The notes: generated by a model not told the origin, from the letters alone. Positions 28,815-38,356 are shown, counted from the first letter of the stretch. The stretch: 39,631 nucleotides of DNA from Coleofasciculus sp. B1-GNL1-01 (GCA_040220235.1 JAVJTO010000057.1); one strand, 5' to 3'. A program made the numbers and translations.

Positions 28815-29309
28815 ATGCTCACACATCACCGCTTACCTGTTTGTCTTTCAGTTGTATCGACTGATCTACCGATTTGGTTCACCATCGAAACGGCGGCTAC
28901 GCTGTATCAAAAAGAACGCGATCGCTTTCACTTACTCTTGAGAGAACCCCCACTCCCGGAATGGGAATCCCGACACCCTCCCCAAACGGGTTCCACGAAT
29001 GTCGTCAAGCGCACTCCCCAGCGACTCTTATGGCTAGAAATCTCTCCCTATCGGATGATTATGACGATGCAGGCAAATGGTAATTTGAGTTATCGTCATC
29101 GTTGGGAGCGAGGGGTTTATGGTATCAGTCGCTATTGGCTTCATGAAAAGGCGACGAAGAAGCATCAGTCGTTGCAACTGCGAAATTATACCCGGATGCT
29201 GAAACTAGAGGGATACCCCTTACCCCAAAGCTTGGAACTTGACTATGAACTCTGGTCAGGTAAGGTGCGTCTAGGTCACTACCTTCTCCGGCTACAGATG
29301 TACCATTGA
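28815..29309 (+). CDS. Hypothetical protein (appears to be a conserved cyanobacterial type)
   Basis: Long ORF MLTHHRLPVCLS...LWLEISPYR...LRNYTR...DYELW; upstream extension runs into repeats. Confidence 0.72.
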   Translation: MLTHHRLPVCLSVVSTDLPIWFTIETAATLYQKERDRFHLLLREPPLPEWESRHPPQTGSTNVVKRTPQRLLWLEISPYRMIMTMQANGNLSYRHRWERGVYGISRYWLHEKATKKHQSLQLRNYTRMLKLEGYPLPQSLELDYELWSGKVRLGHYLLRLQMYH

Positions 29310-29465
29310 TGGGATGGGAATTAGGACAAGAGAATTTTCATGACCAATCCAGTTTTTGCTGGATTTATTAATTATTCGTTATAAATAGAAAAATATATTG
29401 TTATGCAACCAGATAATAGAATTCCGCTGGGTTGATTAGACCAGTGCGGCTAGATCAGGAGCATC

Positions 29466-31283
29466 ATGGTAACATTTCGAGATATTCTCACCTATTATCG
29501 ACCGTACTGGGGCATCTCGATTTTGAGCATAACGGCTGCCAGTCTATTAGAAATAATTGATTTAGTGGTACCTTATGCGATCGGGCAGATTCTCAATGTC
29601 CTATCCGATCAACCGGTGGATAGGCTAATGCAAACGGTAATTACCACAGTCGCTACCCTAACCCAAAATCCCGTCAATCAGTCCTTATCTCTGACTGTGT
29701 TAGTGGGTATCATTTTTGTCGTCACTGTCGTCAGGGCACCGATTCAACCCTGGTTAGGTAGCTGGTTTCACTGGGCAATCCCTCTACGCGCCCGTCGCGA
29801 TCAATCAGAAAATGCCATCCGCAAAATTCTCACGCTTCCTCTAGAATTTTATGATGAAAATAACCCCGGACGAATTGCCGGACGACTCGCGAAAGGACTT
29901 GCCAATCATACCTGGACGTATCCGGAAATTGCCGGACAACTGATTCCTAAACTGGCACGGGTATTGGGCATTTTTGTGGTGATCTGGTTCATTGAATGGC
30001 GTATTGCCCTATTATTTTTGATTTCCTTTGTGTTTATCTTGGGATTCAGTCTTAAGAATCTCAGGGAACTGATTATTGAAGAAGGTTTATTAGATCACCA
30101 TCAAGAAAATACGGAAAGTCGCACCTCAGAAATCATCACCAATATCAAAACTGTCAAAGCCTTTGCTACAGAAGCAACCGAACTCAACCGACAGCGTAAG
30201 CGTCTCAACCGAGAACTCAAATTTGTCTTGTATCGCATCCATTTGGGGTATGTGAAATTAGCCACCTGGCAACGAACGGTGATCCAAATCTGTGTCTTTT
30301 CTATTTTGGGGTTAACTCTGTTTGCCACGGTTCAAGGCAATATCTCGTTAGGGCATTTTATCACCACTTTAACCCTGTCCAGCATTGCCTATGCTGAACT
30401 CGAACCCATCAACGATCTCTCGGAAACCTTTGCCCGTCGCTATGCTTCTATGGTTCGATTGCATGAATTCATGCAGCTTCCTGGAGGAACAGATGCGGCG
30501 GGAATCATTTTAGATCCGGCTGAGAATGCCAAATCCTATCAATTTCCGGGCAAAGTTGAGTTGCAGCACTTGAGTTTCAGTTATGATGCTAAACGTCCTG
30601 TTTTGCAGGATATTAATTTACAGATTGAACCCTGTCAAACGATCGCATTAGTCGGGCGATCGGGTTCGGGGAAATCGACGTTGGTTAAACTCTTGTTTCG
30701 GTATTTTGAACCGGATCAAGGTAGCATTTTGATTGATGGTCTCGACATTCGCCAGTTGGATGTGACTGGGTATCGTCAACGTTTGGCGATCGTTCACCAG
30801 GATGTTGATGTATTTAACGGAACGTTGTTAGATAATCTGACTTATGGTAATCCCAACGTTAGCTTTGAGAAAGTCCAAGAGGCTTGTCGTATTGCCAGAG
30901 TAGACGAAGTAATCGACCAATTACCTAAAGGTTACTCAACTATAGTCGGTGAACGCGGCGTGCGACTCTCAGGCGGACAAAGACAACGATTAGGAATTGC
31001 CAGGGCGCTATTAGTTGAACCCGATGTCCTGATTTTTGATGAAGCCACCTCCAGCTTGGACTACGAATCTGAACGTTCGATTCAGTTAGCGATGCGGACG
31101 ATTCAAGGAACCTGTACCACAATTATTATTGCTCATCGACTGAGTACGGTACGCGATGCCGATAAAATTGTGGTACTAGATCAAGGTAAGATTGTGGAAG
31201 TTGGTAGTCATGATGAACTGTTGCGTCATGAAGGGATTTATTGGCGGTTACACTCGCTGCAAGAAACAGGAGAGCTACTTTGA
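29466..31283 (+). CDS. ABC transporter ATP-binding/permease (type IV exporter)
   Basis: N-terminal TMD; GRSGSGKST, LSGGQRQR, IFDEATS, IAHRLST. Confidence 0.95.
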   Translation: MVTFRDILTYYRPYWGISILSITAASLLEIIDLVVPYAIGQILNVLSDQPVDRLMQTVITTVATLTQNPVNQSLSLTVLVGIIFVVTVVRAPIQPWLGSWFHWAIPLRARRDQSENAIRKILTLPLEFYDENNPGRIAGRLAKGLANHTWTYPEIAGQLIPKLARVLGIFVVIWFIEWRIALLFLISFVFILGFSLKNLRELIIEEGLLDHHQENTESRTSEIITNIKTVKAFATEATELNRQRKRLNRELKFVLYRIHLGYVKLATWQRTVIQICVFSILGLTLFATVQGNISLGHFITTLTLSSIAYAELEPINDLSETFARRYASMVRLHEFMQLPGGTDAAGIILDPAENAKSYQFPGKVELQHLSFSYDAKRPVLQDINLQIEPCQTIALVGRSGSGKSTLVKLLFRYFEPDQGSILIDGLDIRQLDVTGYRQRLAIVHQDVDVFNGTLLDNLTYGNPNVSFEKVQEACRIARVDEVIDQLPKGYSTIVGERGVRLSGGQRQRLGIARALLVEPDVLIFDEATSSLDYESERSIQLAMRTIQGTCTTIIIAHRLSTVRDADKIVVLDQGKIVEVGSHDELLRHEGIYWRLHSLQETGELL

Positions 31284-31320
31284 TATACAGCAGTTTGCTC
31301 TGCTATGCGGTACGTTGTCG

Positions 31321-31352
31321 ATCCCCCTAAATCCCCCTTAAAAAGGGGGACT
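31321..31352. repeat. cccccttaaaaaggggg hairpin repeat, common in cyanobacteria, between convergent genes
   Basis: atccccctaaatcccccttaaaaagggggact. Confidence 0.7.
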
Positions 31353-31485
31353 TTGATCTCCTGTACTTTATTACAGCGCAATGCTTTTTTCAAAAAAGGT
31401 GGTAAAAAATATAGTTATTTTTATTCAATAAAGTGTTTTTATTCATTCTTAAAAATTCAACGATCGCCTAAATCCACATCTGATA

Positions 31486-32361
31486 TCATGTCCGGTTAAA
31501 CTTGTGACTTGTGACCTTGGGAATTGCATATCTAATTCCTCCCTTTTTACCCATAACATCTCCTTGGTAACGCGGGATAACATGAATGCTGGTGTGCATC
31601 ATCTTTTGTCCCGCCTCTCGATTCACATTAAATCCCACATTAAACCCATCGGGATGAAATTGATCCATTAAAAACTCTTGGACTTGGTTAACCATGAACC
31701 AGCAAGCCGATTGTTCTTTAAAGTCCAAATCAAAATAATTAGCAACATGACGTTTAGGAATCACCAAAACATGCCCTTTACTGGCTGGATAGCCATCGAA
31801 CATGGCATAAGCTGTTGCTGATTCAGTCAACACTCGCAGACTTCGACGAGGGTTACAAAAGATGCATTTATTGGGTGAATGCCGTTGATAATTATAATGG
31901 ACGTATTCGTAAATTTCGCAATACTCATCTAGATGAATGGATTGGAAGGGAAGTTTGACAACACACTGATACGTCGGTTTCTTATGAATATAATGTTCTC
32001 GAAATCCTTCTCTTTTCAGATCTCGCCTCACCGCATAATAGGCTTTTCCACCCGGTTTCAACAAATGCGAAACGTTCATCAATACTCTTGCTTGTTCTTC
32101 AGCAAAGAGAACATTTAACACATAAAAGCAGAGAATGGTATCAAATCTAATCGTGGGGTATTCGGGGAAATAGTAGGGGTCATAGCCGATAATATCCAAG
32201 CCTTTTTGCCGCAGCAGTTTGACATCATTACCCAAGCCACAACCAAAGTCGAGAATTTTACCCTGAAGCCGATTTTGTTCGAGGAGAAGCTGTCCGGGAA
32301 AGGAGAGATAAACTCTGTCTTTAGCGGTGAGATGACTGAATTTATTGGCTTGCTTTTTCAT
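31486..32361 (-). CDS. Class I SAM-dependent methyltransferase / HIT domain fusion
   Basis: ILDFGCGLG.D, GYDPYY, YVLNV; then CIFC, YPASKGHVLVIPKRH, GFNVGFN...AGQ, HTSIHVIPRY. Confidence 0.88.
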   Translation of the reverse strand: MKKQANKFSHLTAKDRVYLSFPGQLLLEQNRLQGKILDFGCGLGNDVKLLRQKGLDIIGYDPYYFPEYPTIRFDTILCFYVLNVLFAEEQARVLMNVSHLLKPGGKAYYAVRRDLKREGFREHYIHKKPTYQCVVKLPFQSIHLDEYCEIYEYVHYNYQRHSPNKCIFCNPRRSLRVLTESATAYAMFDGYPASKGHVLVIPKRHVANYFDLDFKEQSACWFMVNQVQEFLMDQFHPDGFNVGFNVNREAGQKMMHTSIHVIPRYQGDVMGKKGGIRYAIPKVTSHKFNRT

Positions 32362-32477
32362 CGGACAGGAATAGAGTTTGTAGTAAGCGCTTTAGCGCTT
32401 CTGGCACTAAAGTGCCGACTACGAACCCAGCTTAAGTCAGCGACATTCATATTCGGTAAAATGAGCGGATTACGCGA

Positions 32478-33080
32478 TTAATCGATGATCGCATTCACCA
32501 AGACTTCGGATAGCGTCATATCTGCCATGTCATCGAGGGTTGCAGTATCCGCAATATCAAACTTAGCACCCGCCCCTTGCAGTTCGTCATCCAGAACATT
32601 GAGGAATCGCATGGCTGTGGGATCATTCCCGACTTGCATTAACGAAATCCCCAATTCTTCATCCCGATCCATTTGACGCGAGGCTTCAATAATTACCCGC
32701 ATCACCGCTTTGCGATCGTCGGGTTCGCCATCAGTAACCACCAAAATTATTTCCCCATCGGGTTTGGCTTCTCCGGCGGCTTTGCGCTGAAAATAGTTAT
32801 CCGTGGCATCTTTAAGGACAGAAGCTAAATCTGTACGCCCCATGGGGTCATTTTCTTGAAAGATTTGAGTCACTTTATCGGAGGTGACATTATCGTACCG
32901 TTTAAAGCGACTGGAAAACAGATAAACGGTGATACCATTCGCATCTAACTGTTCGCATTTTCGGGCGACTGCTAAGGTAGATTCCTGAACGGTTTCCCAA
33001 CGGGTTTTTCCACCGGGTTGATCCGGTGTGGACATGCTGCCGCTTTTATCAATAATTAACGTATAATCTCGATCTGGCAT
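32478..33080 (-). CDS. vWA domain protein (paralog 2)
   Basis: MIDAS DKSGS...T...TDGEP. Start ATG 33080 set by alignment with the neighbouring paralog. Confidence 0.9.
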   Translation of the reverse strand: MPDRDYTLIIDKSGSMSTPDQPGGKTRWETVQESTLAVARKCEQLDANGITVYLFSSRFKRYDNVTSDKVTQIFQENDPMGRTDLASVLKDATDNYFQRKAAGEAKPDGEIILVVTDGEPDDRKAVMRVIIEASRQMDRDEELGISLMQVGNDPTAMRFLNVLDDELQGAGAKFDIADTATLDDMADMTLSEVLVNAIID

Positions 33081-33312
33081 AACAAAAATCTCTAATTCTT
33101 CATCAAGGGAATAGGAAAAACCAAGTCTTGCTCCCTTCTTTTTCCCTCTTTGCTCACCTGGGGGTGAGGGTTGTAGCTTAAGTTGATGACTGGTATGCTG
33201 GTGGGTTTCGACTTCGCTCAACCCACCGACTTCGCTCAACCCACCCTACGGTATATTAAGAATCTCGGCAATTCCAAAATGCTTATTGAGCGTGCCATTA
33301 AACTTAAGTTGA

Positions 33313-33415
33313 TCAGCTGTCATGCATCTAAATTGGGTATAGGTGGTGAGCAAGATGCTCACACTACAAACATTTTCCCATTCTTGATATTACGGTTTAA
33401 ATGCCGAACAGCTTA
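33313..33415 (+). mobile_element. About 105-bp MITE (AGCTGT...ACAGCT ends), same family as 38416-38521 and 37229-37523
   Basis: agctgtcatgcat.taaattgggtat...gagcaagatgctc...ggtttaaatgccgaacagctta is shared among the copies. Confidence 0.8.
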
Positions 33416-33482
33416 TGGACGGTTTAACTGATAACATTATTAATCAAACCGATAACTTGAGTAAACCCGCCCTGCTTAAGGT

Positions 33483-34085
33483 TTAATCCTGAATCGCATT
33501 CAACAAGATTTCGGGTAATGTCATATCCGCCATATCATCTAGGGTAACGGTGTCAACGATATCGAATTTGGCACCCGCCCCTTGCAATTCATCATCAAGA
33601 AGCTTGAGAAATCGCTTGGCTGTGGGATCGTTACCCACTTGAATCAGGGAAATGGCTAATTCTTCATCTCGATCAATATGACGTGATGCTTCCACTATGA
33701 CTCGCATCACCGCTTTGCGATCGTCCGGTTCTCCGTCGGTGATGACTAAAATGGTTTCCCCTTCGGGTTTAGTTTCTCCCGCTGATTTGCGCTGCAAGTA
33801 GTTATTCAGTGCATCCTGAAGCACACTAGCTAAGTCAGTTCGCCCCATCGGGTCATTTTCTTGAAAGATTTGCCCCACTTTGTCTGAGGTAACGTTATCG
33901 TACCGTTTAAACCGACTGGAAAAGAGGTAGACGGTGATACCATCGGGGTCAAACTGTTCACATTTTCGGGCAAGGGCGAGAGTTGATTCTTGGGCGGTAT
34001 ACCAACGGGTTTGTCCACCGGGTTGGTCAGGCGTTGACATGCTGCCGCTTTTATCGATGATTAGAGTATAGTCGCGATTTTCCAT
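33483..34085 (-). CDS. vWA domain protein (paralog 1)
   Basis: MENRDYTLIIDKSGSMS, GRTDL, ITDGEPDD. Confidence 0.92.
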   Translation of the reverse strand: MENRDYTLIIDKSGSMSTPDQPGGQTRWYTAQESTLALARKCEQFDPDGITVYLFSSRFKRYDNVTSDKVGQIFQENDPMGRTDLASVLQDALNNYLQRKSAGETKPEGETILVITDGEPDDRKAVMRVIVEASRHIDRDEELAISLIQVGNDPTAKRFLKLLDDELQGAGAKFDIVDTVTLDDMADMTLPEILLNAIQD

Positions 34086-34086
34086 A

Positions 34087-34207
34087 ACACTGATTTCACT
34101 GATTTATTAGAGAGATTAGGGTGGGGGTGTCAGATTTTGGTCACACTGATTTCACTGATTTATTAGAGAGATTAGGGTGGGGGTGTCAGATGTTGGTTGC
34201 ACTGATT
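34087..34207. repeat. 56-bp tandem duplication (2 copies plus a partial third) immediately upstream of the vWA gene
   Basis: acactgatttcactgatttattagagagattagggtgggggtgtcagat at 34087 and 34143. Confidence 0.9.
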
Positions 34208-34442
34208 ACACGCTCGGTTTTGGTACTTAAGGGCGAGTGCATGTCAACGCAAGTAGGTTGGGTTGAGGAACGAAACCCAACGAGAATAGGTGAGCTTGAA
34301 CATCTTATACCAACCTGATATGCTCCCCTCAACCGTTGATTACTTTTTAGTTTACCTCTATGCGTATCTGAGGTTATACGCCTTTTGGATGAATGTCACC
34401 GACTTAAAGGTGGTGGGCAATGCTCACTTTACAGTATATCCT

Positions 34443-34535
34443 GGCTTTTCACGAGAAGTCTAGACACCTGATCCGGGGCGGGTTTAGTCACTTATGGATG
34501 CAACCGAAAAGATAGTTGTGAAACCCGCCCCTACA
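34443..34535. repeat. REP doublet element ggggcgggttt...aaacccgcccctac; second copy at about 38630-38721
   Basis: About 90-bp homology between the two loci, including the spacer. Confidence 0.82.
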
Positions 34536-34560
34536 GGTTAACGGGAGTGAAGGATTAGGA

Positions 34561-35646
34561 TTATTTCCAACCTGCCCGATCCATTAATTTTACGGCTTCT
34601 GGGTTCTTTTCTCCATAACTGACGACATCTAACTCCGATTGCTTAAAGTCGCCAAAGTCAGCCACAACAGGATTAGGTTCCATATCCGTGACGACAGGAT
34701 ACTCATTCGCTTGATTGGCAAAGATTTCCTGGGCTTTGGGTGTCACCAGGTACTCTAGAAACTTAACCGCATTTTCTTGGTTCGGCGCATCGGTAACCAC
34801 ACCACCACCACTGATGTTGATATGAGTCCCATCGGCAGTTTGATTGGGGAAGAATACGCCGACTTGTTCCGCGACTTCTTGATCTTCCGCCGCGTCGGAT
34901 TTTTTGAGACGGGCTACATAATAATGGTTAACGATCGCGACATCACATTGACCCGCAGCTACAGCTTTAATTTGCGCCGTGTCATTCCCTTCCGGGGGAC
35001 GGGCAAAGTTATCGACTAAGCCTTTGACCCAGGTTTCTGTCTCTTGTTCTCCTTTGCCTTCAATTTTAGAGGCGACTAAGGATTGGTTGTAGATATTTTC
35101 GGAACTGCGGATGCACACTCGTCCTTTCCATTCGGGTTCGGCTAAGGCTTCGTAGGTGGAGAGTTCTTCTGGCTGAACGTTCTCTTTGTTATAGACAATG
35201 ATTCGCGCCCGTTTGGATAACCCAAACCATTCTCCTTGGGGATCACGGAGATTGGCGGGAACGGCTGATTCTAAGGTTTCTGAGGAAACGGGTTGCAACA
35301 AGCCTTCCTCTTGCGCCCGCCACAGGCGTCCCACGTCAACGGTAATTAAGACATCGGCTGGACTGTTTTCGCCTTCACTCTTGATCCGTTCGATCAATTC
35401 GTCGGCGTCTCCTTCAATTAGGTTCACCTCGATCCCCGTTTCTTCGGTGAAGTTCTCGTAGAGGACATCATCGGTGTCATAATGGCGGGCGGAGTAAAGG
35501 TTAATTTCTCCGGCATCGGCTGTGTTATCGGCTGCGCCATCTGTGCTTGCTGTATCGGCAGGTTCGTTGGGATTTGAACAGCCTGCAACCACTAACAGGG
35601 CGAGTCCAGAGCAGAGTCCGAGTATACTACGTCTAGTAATTTTCAT
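34561..35646 (-). CDS. futA: Fe(3+) ABC transporter substrate-binding protein (FutA/IdiA)
   Basis: NLYSARHY, SPADVLITVD, YNQSL, GNDT.QI, NHYY iron-ligand tyrosines; twin-Arg plus lipobox (VAGC) signal. Confidence 0.92.
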   Translation of the reverse strand: MKITRRSILGLCSGLALLVVAGCSNPNEPADTASTDGAADNTADAGEINLYSARHYDTDDVLYENFTEETGIEVNLIEGDADELIERIKSEGENSPADVLITVDVGRLWRAQEEGLLQPVSSETLESAVPANLRDPQGEWFGLSKRARIIVYNKENVQPEELSTYEALAEPEWKGRVCIRSSENIYNQSLVASKIEGKGEQETETWVKGLVDNFARPPEGNDTAQIKAVAAGQCDVAIVNHYYVARLKKSDAAEDQEVAEQVGVFFPNQTADGTHINISGGGVVTDAPNQENAVKFLEYLVTPKAQEIFANQANEYPVVTDMEPNPVVADFGDFKQSELDVVSYGEKNPEAVKLMDRAGWK

Positions 35647-35817
35647 TAATGACCAGTCTTGTTGTGATTTGGGTTAAGTTCCAGTGAGCCGCGATCGCTG
35701 TCCTTTGTGACCCGTTGCTATATCGCTCAATATCTCAGCATATCTGGGATTGAGCGACTTTAACTTGCCCAGGTTTCACATCGGTTAACTAGGCTGCACT
35801 GGGGTAGATAGATGATT

Positions 35818-35850
35818 ATTGTACATGTTAATGCAATTTATTCTTAATTG
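35818..35850 (-). promoter_or_regulatory. Putative futA promoter (-10 TACAAT) with overlapping Fur-box-like AT-rich dyad
   Basis: Minus strand reads caattaagaataaattgcattaacatgTACAAT; futA genes are typically iron regulated. Confidence 0.4.
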
Positions 35851-35909
35851 AGTCGTAATGATCCTGCATTGATGTTGTCTCAACCTGGAATAGTTCGATT
35901 TACTAGACG

Positions 35910-36018
35910 TATAGCAGCTACCTTGACAGGTTAGGACATTTTTCTCTGTTCCCTGTTTCCTGTTCCCTATTCCCTCTTGGGATCAACTGATGTCCTAACA
36001 TATCCTCGTAGTGCTATA
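35910..36018. mobile_element. TA-flanked MITE (TAGCA.TAC...GTTAGGACA / TGTCCTAAC...GTAGTGCTA ends)
   Basis: Terminal and subterminal inverted repeats; same family as 37408-37507. Confidence 0.78.
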
Positions 36019-36042
36019 TGTACCGATAGGGAGGACAATCCG

Positions 36043-37167
36043 TTGTCAGACGATCGCGCTTACTGGTTAGCTTGGTCACAAGTCCCGCGTGTCGGACCGA
36101 TATTACTGCGACGCCTCCAGCAGCATTTTGATACGTTAGCAGAGGCTTGGGCGTCTCCAGCCAGGGAATTGGGTCAGGTGGAGGGGTTTGGGCGGCAATT
36201 GCTTCAGGCTGTGGAGAAGACGCGATCGCATCTCAATCCCCAACAGTTTCTGGAACAACACTCTATCAAAAATCCCCAGTTTTGGACACCTGCTGATCCA
36301 GACTACCCCCGCTTATTGTTAGAAATTCCCAGTCCGCCGCCTGTATTGTACTATCGCGGACAGGTAGACCAGCAGGAAAATCAGGGGATGAAACCGATGG
36401 TTGCGATCGTCGGAACTCGTGAACCGACGGATTATGGGAAGCGTTGGACACGGAAAATTAGTGCAGCGCTGGCGAAAAAGGGCTTTACTGTAGTATCTGG
36501 AATGGCAGCCGGGATTGATACCGAAGCCCACAAGGGATGTTTAGAGGCGGGTGGGAGAACGGTAGCGGTTTTTGGTACAGGAATTGATGTGATTTATCCG
36601 CCTCGAAATAAACTCCTGTACGAGGCGATTTTAGACCGGGGATTGGTATTAAGTGAATATCCGGCAGGAACTAAGCCCAATCGTCCCCACTTTCCCCAAC
36701 GCAATCGCATTATTGCCGGATTGAGTCGGGCAGTTTTAGTCATGGAAGCGCCAACGAAATCAGGGGCGTTGATTACGGCGTATCAAGCCAATGAGTTTTG
36801 TCGGGATGTGTATGCATTACCGGGTTCCTTAGATAATCCCAATGCGGTGGGATGTTTGGGATTATTGAATCGGGGGGCAAGTGTGATTTTGAGTGAGGGG
36901 CATTTGTTAGAGATGTTGGGGGCGATACCGGAATTAGATACTGGGAAACAGTTGTCTTTATTTGAGTCAGAATCGGTTAAAGCGACACCAGAGTTAGCGC
37001 CAGAATTAGCAAAAGTGTTTCAGGTTTTAGGGATTGAACCGACACCCTTGGATGTGATTGTTCAGGAAACTGGGATGACAGTGGCGGAGGTTTCGGGTGT
37101 TTTATTGCAGTTGGAATTAGAGGGGTTAGTGTCGCAGTTACCGGGGATGTTATATCGGCGAAATTAA
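36043..37167 (+). CDS. dprA: DNA-processing protein DprA
   Basis: YP.LL.EI..PP.VLY.RG, AIVGTR, VSGMA.GID..AH, FPQRNRIIAGLS, SGALITA, LLQLELEG; GGAGG RBS before TTG 36043. Confidence 0.97.
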   Translation: MSDDRAYWLAWSQVPRVGPILLRRLQQHFDTLAEAWASPARELGQVEGFGRQLLQAVEKTRSHLNPQQFLEQHSIKNPQFWTPADPDYPRLLLEIPSPPPVLYYRGQVDQQENQGMKPMVAIVGTREPTDYGKRWTRKISAALAKKGFTVVSGMAAGIDTEAHKGCLEAGGRTVAVFGTGIDVIYPPRNKLLYEAILDRGLVLSEYPAGTKPNRPHFPQRNRIIAGLSRAVLVMEAPTKSGALITAYQANEFCRDVYALPGSLDNPNAVGCLGLLNRGASVILSEGHLLEMLGAIPELDTGKQLSLFESESVKATPELAPELAKVFQVLGIEPTPLDVIVQETGMTVAEVSGVLLQLELEGLVSQLPGMLYRRN

Positions 37168-37313
37168 ATCATTATTTTATCGTAGGGGCGCACAGATGTG
37201 CGCCCGGTTTTGGGTTGTGTACCCGCACTAAGCTACTCGGCATTTAAACCTTAATGTCAATAATGGCGAAAGCCTTGCCGTAGTGCGTTAAGCGAAGCCA
37301 TGCCGCAGGCTTT

Positions 37314-37397
37314 GCATCTTGCTCGCTACTATTGAGCATCTTGCTCGCTACTATTGAGCATCTTGCTCGCTACTATTGAGCATCTTGCTCGCTACTA
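37314..37397. repeat. 22-bp tandem repeat GCATCTTGCTCGCTACTATTGA (3 full copies plus a partial)
   Basis: Directly visible, no spacers. Confidence 0.92.
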
Positions 37398-37407
37398 ATA
37401 CCCAATT

Positions 37408-37507
37408 TATAGCACTACGGGGATACGTTAGGACATTTCTCTGTTGCCTATTGCCTGTTGCCTTTTCACCCAATTTTATTGTCCTAACCTCAATGCGTAG
37501 TGCTATA
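37408..37507. mobile_element. TA-duplicating MITE nested in another MITE
   Basis: TAtagcactac...gtagtgctaTA; the empty site cccaattTAaatgc is present in the 38416-38521 copy. Confidence 0.85.
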
Positions 37508-37717
37508 AATGCATGACAGCTTATTCAGTCTCTACACCGCTCCCCTCTTGCTCCCCTCTCCCAAGCTTGGGAGAGGGGCTGGGGGTGAGGGCTGGAAGTT
37601 AGCGTTCGCGCAGCGTTCCCGAAGGGTAGGGTAGCGTAACGCACCATAACTTTTGTAGTAAACGATGCGAACGTTTATGGCGCTAAAGCGCAACTACAAA
37701 CAAACCTCTAAATTGCC

Positions 37718-38356
37718 TTAAAGACTATCTGGATCGATGTTCAACTCTCGCAATTTTGCTGCTAATCGTTCAGCCCGTTGCGCTTCTTGTTCTCGCTGTT
37801 GTTCTAATTCCAAATAGGACAAAAATCGTTGTCCATCTGGTCGATATAATTCTAACCCTGCTTCTGTTAGTTCAAACCGCACTGTTAAACGAGGACTAAC
37901 CCAGCCAGACATGGGTTCAATGACTTCTAGTAGTCCTTCTATTCTTTGCCACCCTCTTAAGTCTTTATTGTCTGGATCATAGAGGTAATATTCTTCGACA
38001 CCATAACGGTTATAAAATGCCAGTTTTTTATCCATTTTAGTCTGGCTGTCATGATAGGAACGGATTTCAAAGACAACCTGCGGCGGGATATTATTTTCGC
38101 GCCATTGTAGGTAGGAACGGCGATCGCCTTTTGGTACGCCAAACACAACCATTACATCGGGCGCTTGGGAGATGGTGTTGTTGCCTTCAACTGGATACCA
38201 AAGTAAGTCTCCGGCGACAAAGACATTCGGGTCATCTTTAAATAAAGCATCACAGCCGCCTTGGATTTTGGTAATCCATTGATATTGAAGGGTGCTGTCT
38301 GCCATGGGTTTACCATCACTAGAGGGATAAATAATTTCTTCTTTGGCGAGTGTCAT
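37718..38356 (-). CDS. Uma2 family putative endonuclease
   Basis: YPSSDGKPMAD, APDVMVVFG, PQVVFEI.S, YGVEEYYLYDP, C-terminal AERLAAKLRELNIDPD. Confidence 0.92.
   Translation of the reverse strand: MTLAKEEIIYPSSDGKPMADSTLQYQWITKIQGGCDALFKDDPNVFVAGDLLWYPVEGNNTISQAPDVMVVFGVPKGDRRSYLQWRENNIPPQVVFEIRSYHDSQTKMDKKLAFYNRYGVEEYYLYDPDNKDLRGWQRIEGLLEVIEPMSGWVSPRLTVRFELTEAGLELYRPDGQRFLSYLELEQQREQEAQRAERLAAKLRELNIDPDSL

Larger units (their letters stand above)
37229..37523 (-). mobile_element. MITE of the 38416-38521 family carrying three internal expansions
   Basis: Aligns end to end with the reverse complement of 38416-38521 once the inserts are removed. Confidence 0.85.

Noticed and set aside
33081..33239. 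N-terminal extension of the second vWA protein
   Set aside because: It translates repeat DNA; the paralog alignment puts the start at 33080
34087..34207. CRISPR or mini-array
   Set aside because: Simple 56-bp tandem duplication without variable spacers
37314..37397. CRISPR-like array
   Set aside because: The 22-bp units are contiguous with no unique spacers and derive from a MITE arm; there are no cas genes
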